The notes under the pieces: model-generated
Databases searched by the model: none
The model's input: only the letters and a program-made list of their open reading frames with translations
What the model was told of the DNA's origin: nothing
DNA from: Leptospirales bacterium
GTDB lineage: Bacteria; Spirochaetota; Leptospiria; Turneriellales; JAOUFE01
Direction of reading: 5' to 3'
Length of the DNA stretch: 44,507 nucleotides
Assembly: GCA_040326155.1 (NCBI GenBank)
Contig: JBEQLE010000030.1
Span: forward strand, 1-44,507
Made by a program: the position numbers and the translations under genes
Shown: piece by piece, positions 38,101 to 44,507 of the stretch
Layout: each line of letters starts with the position of its first letter
Numbering within the stretch: the first letter of the stretch is position 1

Positions 38101-40870
38101 ATTGAGTTGTCGTACAGTTAATAGCTACATTGGCTACATCTGCTGTAGGAATTGTTCCACCACCGTTCGTTACCAGACAAGTCTGGTTTGGGCTGGCAGG
38201 ATTTTGCAGGACTGTTACGCCATAACCTGCGCCATCAAGCAGAGTTGTTGGAAAAGTAAAAGCGCCATTTCCACCGATCGCCAGGTTATCACCTGCGTTA
38301 TTTTGCAGTATAAGCCCAAGGCCGGTAAACCCGGCTACGGTACCGCCTACACTATATTTTGGAATTGACGTACAACTTACTGTTACGTTGTTTATATTGG
38401 ACCCGGCCAGAGTTCCCACACCCGCGCCAACCGTACAGGTTTTACCCGCAGGGCTGGTTAATACAGTGACATTATAACCGGTTCCATCTGTAATATTCGT
38501 TGCAAAGGAGAATGGGTCAATTGTAGTTCCTCCGCCTGTGACATTGAGATTATCAGCGCCATTGTTTTGCAGAGTTACCACTTCACCATTTAGCAGCCCG
38601 TTTACGGAGCCACTTGTCGAATACTGGTTTGTAATACAAGTAATAGAAATATTAGTTACATTTGCTGTTGCTACCGCACCTGCTCCGTTTGTGACCGTAC
38701 AAGCCTGATTTGGCGCACCCGGTTGCTGGCTGACAACTACGCTATATGCTGAAGAATCCAGTTGTGTTGCACCAAAAGTAAACCCACCATTGGCTGTTAC
38801 GGAGAGGCTATCTGTTCCATTGTTTACCAACACTAAAGAAGATGATGTTATATCATACCCCGCTACGGAACCCCCGATCGAATATGTCGGGGTAGCGCTA
38901 CAGGTGACCGTTACCGTTGTAACATTACTACCGCTTACAGTACCAGCTCCGGTACCAACCGTACACGTTTTTCCAGCCGGGGGAGTTACGACTGTAATGG
39001 CATAAGCGCTCTGGTCATTTACCGGGGCCGACACAAACGGATCGGTCGAGGTGCCGCCGCCGATTATCGTAATATTATCAGCGGCATTATTTTGCAACAA
39101 TACCTGTTCGCTTGCGGCAAGTCCGGTCACATTACCACCAACCGTAAAACTGGCCGTGGTACAAATTACATTAATATTATTTATATTTGCTGCTGCTATA
39201 ATACCGCCTCCGTTTGTTATTGTACACGCTTGAATCGGATTGGTTGGCTGGGTTAATACGGTTACCGCATATGGCAAACCCGTTGCCAGAGCAGTTGCAA
39301 ACGTATAGGAACCGTTTGCCGTAATACTTATATCGTCTACGCCGTTATTTTGTAGAACAACTGTTCCGTTTATTCCATTTACCGTCGCTGTAACGGTGTA
39401 ATTGGAGCTTACCGAACACGTTACATTAATACCGGTAATATTTGCGCCTGGTATTGTTCCCGTTCCGGCACCAACAATACAGGTTTGTCCTAATGATGAT
39501 GAAGCTGACGTTACATTATAATAGGAACCATCATTTCTAGCGGTGGCGAAGGTAAAAGGGTCAGTTAATGTCCCGCCCCCGGTAACAATTTTGGTTTCGC
39601 CGTAGTTATTTGTCAAAGTAACGGTTTCTCCGTTCGCCAAACCGCCTACGCTTCCCCCAAGGGTATAGGTACTGGTTGAACATACAACCGTAATCGTTGT
39701 AACATTGCCCGCGCTTACATTACCAGAAGGACTGCTTACAACACAAGTCTGGTTCGGTCCTGTAGGCTGGGATAATATGGTAGCATTATATGCTGCGCCA
39801 TCTAAGATCGGAACTGAAAAAGAGAAAGCTCCGTCTGCGGCCAATACCAAATTATCACCGCCGTTATTTTGTAAAGTTACACTGCCAATGACACCAATCA
39901 AGTTACCCCCGACCGTATAGGATGGTATAGCACTACAAGCTACAGTTATAGCATTTACATTCGCCCCGGCAAGATTGCCCGAACTCCCTCCTCCCACAGT
40001 ACATGTCTTTCCTGCGGGTTCTGTCAGCACGGTAATGGCATACGGTGAGCCATCATCGAGCGCAGTCGGCATGGTATAAGGATCGGCACCCCCACCTGCT
40101 CCATTGATAATAAGATTATCGCCACCATTGTTTTGCAGGGTTACAGATTCTACCCCGGTAAGTCCGGTTACAGACCCACCTATAGTATACTGGCTGGTAA
40201 CACAGTTAATTGCAACTGTGGTTAAATTTCCCGCTGGCATAACTCCAGCTCCCCCGGTAACTGTACAAATCTGAATTGGGTTTGAGGGTTGGGTTGCTAC
40301 TGTTACGCTATATGGATCACCAGTATTCAACGTGCCGCCAAATTGAAATGGGATTGCTCCAATACCTGCAATTACCCTGTTATCAAATAAGTTATTTGTT
40401 ATTATTAAACCACTTCCAGCTAAACCAGTGACATTTCCACCCACCGTCAACGTTCCACCGCCGCCTCCGGCGCCATTACAATTAACTTCAATAGTTGAAA
40501 TATTCGTATCACCAACTGTACCGAATGCGCCACCAACCGAGCAAGTCTTGCCTGCCGGTTGAACGAGTACAGCGACAAAATAGGTGTCGTCTGTATCGAC
40601 TGTCTGGGTAAAAGTAAACTCATCAGTTCCTGTACCCCCGCCGGTAATCAAAATTACTTCGCTACCGTTATTTATGAGCTGTATAGTTTCAGCTCCCGCC
40701 ATACCGGTAATCGTTCCGCCAATGGTGGCTGAAAAAGAAGTCCCGCTGGAGGTATCGCCAAAATTAATATCACCATTAAAGGTAGCTTTACAGTTAAATA
40801 AAAACGTTCCAATTAATATTCCAATAAAATAATGAGTGATCTTGATAAATGCGGTTTTTTGAGTAATCAT
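35186..40870 (-). CDS. Giant repeat surface lipoprotein / adhesin-like protein (1894 aa)
   Basis: Lipobox LFN-C; about 16 ~85-aa repeats YTVGGxVxGL...LQNNGxDxL...YxVTV..P...C...C; a Myxococcus-type Cys-rich repeat CGN....GETCDDGN....DGCSSICQIE; PPC-like modules; C-terminal EDF...IDNV beta-sandwich. Confidence 0.88.
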   Translation of the reverse strand: MITQKTAFIKITHYFIGILIGTFLFNCKATFNGDINFGDTSSGTSFSATIGGTITGMAGAETIQLINNGSEVILITGGGTGTDEFTFTQTVDTDDTYFVAVLVQPAGKTCSVGGAFGTVGDTNISTIEVNCNGAGGGGGTLTVGGNVTGLAGSGLIITNNLFDNRVIAGIGAIPFQFGGTLNTGDPYSVTVATQPSNPIQICTVTGGAGVMPAGNLTTVAINCVTSQYTIGGSVTGLTGVESVTLQNNGGDNLIINGAGGGADPYTMPTALDDGSPYAITVLTEPAGKTCTVGGGSSGNLAGANVNAITVACSAIPSYTVGGNLIGVIGSVTLQNNGGDNLVLAADGAFSFSVPILDGAAYNATILSQPTGPNQTCVVSSPSGNVSAGNVTTITVVCSTSTYTLGGSVGGLANGETVTLTNNYGETKIVTGGGTLTDPFTFATARNDGSYYNVTSASSSLGQTCIVGAGTGTIPGANITGINVTCSVSSNYTVTATVNGINGTVVLQNNGVDDISITANGSYTFATALATGLPYAVTVLTQPTNPIQACTITNGGGIIAAANINNINVICTTASFTVGGNVTGLAASEQVLLQNNAADNITIIGGGTSTDPFVSAPVNDQSAYAITVVTPPAGKTCTVGTGAGTVSGSNVTTVTVTCSATPTYSIGGSVAGYDITSSSLVLVNNGTDSLSVTANGGFTFGATQLDSSAYSVVVSQQPGAPNQACTVTNGAGAVATANVTNISITCITNQYSTSGSVNGLLNGEVVTLQNNGADNLNVTGGGTTIDPFSFATNITDGTGYNVTVLTSPAGKTCTVGAGVGTLAGSNINNVTVSCTSIPKYSVGGTVAGFTGLGLILQNNAGDNLAIGGNGAFTFPTTLLDGAGYGVTVLQNPASPNQTCLVTNGGGTIPTADVANVAINCTTTQYTVTATVSGIPPGSITILNNGVDAQVSSVDGAIVFSAQDDLTTYNVTVQTPPAGTTCPVGAGTGTVDGANVVNVNITCSSTATFTVGGTVLGLVGTGLVLQNNAGDDLVIAADGAYSFATALNDSKAYSVTVKTNPNTPAQTCSVVNAGGNIAAANIVNVNIICTTNSYYISGTVVGLVATVPGPLEQTILLYNGVAKLIDGDTPAYQMPQFNDGTSSDLQIVESPYGKGCTFDLNGLQVISPLVISGANVVNQDITCVVLPTASVTVNVSGLTSGTLSVVNSTNLGSQQNDFTADGAFVYTAQPEDSSYNISISSQPGGLTCGVTTANAIGNIPNPAAGVAVNISCSGGGGPTPTVLTLGTPTPGSASAGGTDYYSITGLTVGTTYDFEATNLSSNANIYVYSDSGYTALLCSSTGPGPVDEFCSAAGNTAYYISVVDVSGFGTDYNVRVFDSSIICGNSTTEVGETCDDGNTDSLDGCSSICQIESSYTVGGNIYGLNAGDTMTMQNGADQVVVPGAVADPIVFTYSVSKVTGDSYYATIFSYTSAGNICTVDNSTQTGIVGFANVTSIVVNCTAIVNYNVTINALGLGVKTINVELDANGAVPIVGGGSGLDSITFAQTVPDQTAFTVTITDGGGITCSAPLVRNGFINGTNVTIDVSCGTGIAADSFELDDTIADAIAKPSILAIDGNPQYRTLHNGATDFDVMMVNVTSTDLVYSFETFDNTGVGCALVSTIMILYDTDANSNVQLVQNFGGGIGDCAKINYKFPVPGIYYIEVYEAYLATAYEYSIKATTMAPIFYEDFAFGFGQFTSIDLGSSGAILPPFKTWFPNTAPGATDIDSVVGYTNWVPFLSDGKYVAFDSDAAGSGMTLFTELVSDSFSCSSFNSVFLEFDLTYRFLTGDVFTVEVDAGGGWQIVDTYAISMVDEHPVLDISLIAKGKTSVKVKFKFNDAGGWNYYGAIDNVMVTGY

Positions 40871-41349
40871 AGCTGTGCTTCCCTGGTTTTATTTTAATTT
40901 GTCGTTATATTTCTTGTTTTCGACAAACCCCTATTTATTTGGACGTTGTTTTTTATAAAATAAAAACTCTCTAATGTAGTATATACAAACAGAGGGGGCT
41001 TGTCCATAGTTTTTCCTTCTTTAATAGGTGTATTGTATGCAAAAAGATCAGCCTCTTTCACTACTGAAACCGAAACCGGTTGCACTTCAGATTCATTCAT
41101 TCAAGCAAAAATCATTAAAAAAAGCGTCGATCTTTCATCCAGAAAACCCAATGTCCATATATTTGTATTATTATCGACATTTCAGCGATTATTATATCTG
41201 TTCTGAATGCTTTATAAGAATTAAATGGTTTACTCTATAAAAAGCTTTTATTAACTATATAATTCCCGATCATCATCAATACAGGGCCCCGTGAAATTAA
41301 CGTAAAACAAAAATGAGACTAAAATAAAACTAAGCGATATCAAAATTAA

Positions 41350-43707
41350 ATGAAATTTTCTATACATTACTTACGCCGTCTCGTTAGACGCCTTATGTCC
41401 CATAACAGCAGAAAACCGCTCACTGGTATTTTAATCGCCTTTTTCATCGTCTTTTTTGCCACTGCTTTTGCCCGAGAAGACGCCAGAAAAGACCTGTCTG
41501 TATTTAAACCTTATGTGCCGGTTTTACTGAAAAAACAGTATGACACCGCCCTGAATACCATACGTCAGAAAAAGAATCCCGAATATGGAGAGTCATTTTT
41601 AGCCGGTTATCTATATAAACGAAAAAAATCATATGGATCTGCCACATGGTGGTATGCCCGAGCCGCATATGAAGGCAGAAAGGGACCAAAAAGTTCAAAA
41701 ACAGAAGATTTAACAGCTTATTTGAATTCTACATCGGGACGTTCCCCACTTTATGGCGAAGCAATTCTTGAAATTTCTAAAATCTATTTGCGCAAATATG
41801 GAGTCAAAGCGGCAAACCAGATTCTCTCCCTGATGCCCGAAAAAAGGAACAAAGCGCTTGAATCAGGTATACTCGACCTAAGCGCCGACATTATCGCTCA
41901 TTATAACTCATCGTTGGCTATACAACTTTACCTTGACCTTCTTACAAAAAAAGAAGACCCTTATTATTATTTAAGAATCGCTGGTTTTTTATACACGTCC
42001 CGCCAATACGAACGTTCCCTGAAATTTTATTTCAAAGTGCTTGAATTTCCCAAAACCGATTGGACATACACAACCGCAACATCCATGATATTGCGCATTT
42101 TAAAGAAATCACCGAAAATGAATGAAAATATCAATGATTACAGGAAAGTAAAACTGGCCGAGGGTCTCCGAATTAAAAAGAAATACCCGGACTCCCTTGC
42201 AATGTGGAAAACCATTGAAATAAAAAAGCTGAGTAAAAAAGGACTCTATTATTATACCCAGAATTACTCCCGACTATTGGTAAACCTGGGACAATACGAC
42301 TCTTTAAAGAAGATACTCGTTGCGAATTCCCCAAAACTTAACCCGGCAGACCGGGAAAAAGTCTATGCAGACGCCGCTAAACGACTTTTGAAAAAACGAA
42401 AATACTATCATGTAAAAGCCTTAATACCAAAAGATGCGGGTGAGTCCGTAAAATACAGGTTGCAGGCGCTTGAAAGAATTTCTGACCCCGCCAGAGTTCC
42501 GGAAGCTGCCTCTTATTTACAAAATGTTGATTCTACATCTAAAGACGCCGAAAGAGCCTATTTCAGCTACTGTCTTGAACTCATAGAGAAAGGGCATAAC
42601 ACAAAAGCGCAAAATTGCCTGCAAGAACTTCGCACTTTGACAACGGGTTCCGAGAATGGGGGTCGTTCCAGATACTTTCTGGCTGCCCTGGTCGAGAAAA
42701 ATGGTGAAACAGAAAAAGCCCGCTCCCTATACCGAGAAGTTTACACCAATTCTCCCACCCATTACCTCTCCTATAAAGCGCTACAAAAAAAAGGTCCATC
42801 GAATGCCTCCCCCCTGCCCGAACAAAACGCGGCTGACAATTCTACCGGGCAAAGCTCTAACGCAATATATCGTAACTGGGTAGCTGAAAATTTCAGCAAT
42901 GTGGCCTCCATAAAATCATTTTTTGACAAGAAAAAATCGACACCAGGTTACGGCATTGACCCTGCCTGGAAATCCTGGGAAACTAAAATGAACCGGATGT
43001 CATCCACTCTCGATGAGGTTGAATTTCGCGCTGCGCTTTTTGTAGCGATGGGTGAGTACAAACTCGCCGCCAAATATTTAGAGCAAATACCGGATAAAGT
43101 TCGCAGGTACTCGGTCGCGACATTTGCCGCTAAGTCTGTCGGCAATGACCATCTCGCCTACAGATATATTCGAGCCGTACTCTCTTCCTCTGAAGAACTT
43201 CAAGCAGATATCTTTTTAATGCCGGCTGCAGCCATTGAAAGCCTATACCCTGTCCCTTTTTTAGCATCGGTTCAAAAATCGAGCAGCCAATACAACCTGG
43301 ACGAAGCTTTTATCTATGCCTTAATGAAACAGGAGTCGGCTTTTCACCCCGGTGTCACAAGCCACGCTGGCGCTCGCGGTTTAATGCAAATTATGCCCGC
43401 TACCGCCCGTGACTTAAACAGAAGGATGAAAATACAAAACCTCGATTTGTATAACCCCGAACACTCCATTCAGCTTGCGGCAAAATTTTTCTCGTATATC
43501 TACAAACGCCACCACGGTGAATTCGAGCTATCAGCAATTTCATATAATGCAGGGCCCGCCCGTGTATCGCGCTGGCTCAAAGAGTATAAAGGCGCCGACA
43601 CCCAGTTATTTTTAGAACAGATTCCCATTCGAGAAACCTATTATTATGTAAAGCGCACATCGGGATACTACCACCGATACAAAGTATTGCTCGAAAATTT
43701 TTATTAG
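41350..43707 (+). CDS. Soluble lytic transglycosylase (TPR-like helical region + SLT domain)
   Basis: MKQESAF, SHAGARGLMQIMPATA, SYNAGP, EQIPIRETYYYVK. Start may be 41395. Confidence 0.92.
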   Translation: MKFSIHYLRRLVRRLMSHNSRKPLTGILIAFFIVFFATAFAREDARKDLSVFKPYVPVLLKKQYDTALNTIRQKKNPEYGESFLAGYLYKRKKSYGSATWWYARAAYEGRKGPKSSKTEDLTAYLNSTSGRSPLYGEAILEISKIYLRKYGVKAANQILSLMPEKRNKALESGILDLSADIIAHYNSSLAIQLYLDLLTKKEDPYYYLRIAGFLYTSRQYERSLKFYFKVLEFPKTDWTYTTATSMILRILKKSPKMNENINDYRKVKLAEGLRIKKKYPDSLAMWKTIEIKKLSKKGLYYYTQNYSRLLVNLGQYDSLKKILVANSPKLNPADREKVYADAAKRLLKKRKYYHVKALIPKDAGESVKYRLQALERISDPARVPEAASYLQNVDSTSKDAERAYFSYCLELIEKGHNTKAQNCLQELRTLTTGSENGGRSRYFLAALVEKNGETEKARSLYREVYTNSPTHYLSYKALQKKGPSNASPLPEQNAADNSTGQSSNAIYRNWVAENFSNVASIKSFFDKKKSTPGYGIDPAWKSWETKMNRMSSTLDEVEFRAALFVAMGEYKLAAKYLEQIPDKVRRYSVATFAAKSVGNDHLAYRYIRAVLSSSEELQADIFLMPAAAIESLYPVPFLASVQKSSSQYNLDEAFIYALMKQESAFHPGVTSHAGARGLMQIMPATARDLNRRMKIQNLDLYNPEHSIQLAAKFFSYIYKRHHGEFELSAISYNAGPARVSRWLKEYKGADTQLFLEQIPIRETYYYVKRTSGYYHRYKVLLENFY

Positions 43708-43736
43708 TTTTGTATTCGTTTTTTATCATTCTATAA

Positions 43737-44069
43737 TCAAGCAATCTCTTTCCATTGCCTGGTAAAACCCCGGTTGTTCCGAATCGTTTTACACTTTCGT
43801 AGAATCATAAGTTCAATAAACCTGGCAAGGTCCCGTTTTAAATTATATTCGTAAAATACAGAAAGCCACCCCTGGCTCTTTCGACAATTTAGTGTCAACA
43901 CTCTGGGCAAACGATCATTATTCACATTTAAGGAAACCTGCCAGAAAAACCTGGGAAGGGTAATTTCAAAATCCATCCAGTTGGAAAGATACTTCTCCCA
44001 GAGAACGCGATCGCTCCCCCATAACTCTACCAACATCCGTGCAACCGGTTTTCGCAATATAATATCCAT
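43737..44069 (-). CDS. Hypothetical protein (110 aa)
   Basis: ATG-initiated ORF converging on the SLT gene; its upstream motif is shared with the divergent ORF at 44457. Confidence 0.55.
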   Translation of the reverse strand: MDIILRKPVARMLVELWGSDRVLWEKYLSNWMDFEITLPRFFWQVSLNVNNDRLPRVLTLNCRKSQGWLSVFYEYNLKRDLARFIELMILRKCKTIRNNRGFTRQWKEIA

Positions 44070-44456
44070 ATAGGTGTAATAGCCAAAATCTTCAATTTAT
44101 TTCACTAATTTCAAATAAAAAGAAAAAAAGCGAAGGGGGAGATTGGGTAAGACCTCATTTTGCATTTTCCATTCTCCCCTCGTTCCAAATTTTTTACTTC
44201 CCGCGCCTTGAATGCGCTGAAAATAAAAAGATTTTCCACTACCCCTCTTATACTCTGAGCCACCAAAAATCGCAGGATTTTTTGTAACTTATATACCACG
44301 AAGCAGTTGAAAAAAAACGACGTTTTTTTTTCAAACCAACTTTAAACAATAATCGAACGAAGCGACACAAAATAACCGAAGGATTATTTTGTGCACTAAA
44401 AAAGAAAAAATCACCAATATCTGAAAAAATTTCCAACTTTTGCCTATTACACTTAT

Positions 44457-44507
44457 ATGAAGAATATAACTACGTATCGAAAATTGAAGACTCCCATTGA
44501 CAATGTT
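44457..44507 (+). CDS. Probable 5' end of a gene running off the window
   Basis: MKNITTYRKLKTPIDNV is open to the edge and is preceded by the same 38-bp motif as 43737-44069. Confidence 0.4.
   Translation, partial: MKNITTYRKLKTPIDNV

Noticed and set aside
31966..40832. Long antisense ORFs within the giant lipoprotein genes
   Set aside because: These are the expected stop-poor reverse frames of Thr/Gly/Val-rich repeats.
40894..41240. Short ORFs between the giant lipoprotein and SLT genes
   Set aside because: They overlap one another in an AT-rich divergent promoter region and lack supporting motifs.

Overview
Bacterial chromosomal window, most likely from a Leptospirales-like spirochaete (FlaB-type motifs such as ARGSRLASMWIQMGPN, spirochaete-style lipoboxes). 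Left to right: (1) a DUF4382 lipoprotein followed by a >=1215-aa signal-peptide SpvB/FG-GAP/RHS protein that runs off the left edge and is missing from the ORF track; (2) housekeeping genes tyrA-aroA-cmk-rpsA, a STAS protein, an M15B carboxypeptidase, an M16 peptidase and an orphan gspC; (3) a three-gene MNIO (DUF692) + DUF2063 RiPP cluster whose KCG-type precursor has a lipobox and a His repeat in register with its Cys residues; (4) hisF, an SDR and two small ORFs; (5) an AT-rich ~7-kb candidate defence island (TerB-like/BRCT, TerB_N-TerB-TerB_C, BrxD-like ATPase, Lhr-like helicase) bracketed by related ~30-40-bp repeats; (6) three tandem flagellin-derived genes that lack the D0 polymerisation segments, one with a signal-peptide-like N-terminus; (7) a DKNYY protein, an Fe-ADH, two giant repeat lipoproteins around a class-3 lipase, a lytic transglycosylase, and a divergent gene pair with twin 38-bp upstream motifs. 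No rRNA, tRNA, CRISPR array, integrase or transposase was seen. All assignments come from motif recognition by eye; no searches were run.
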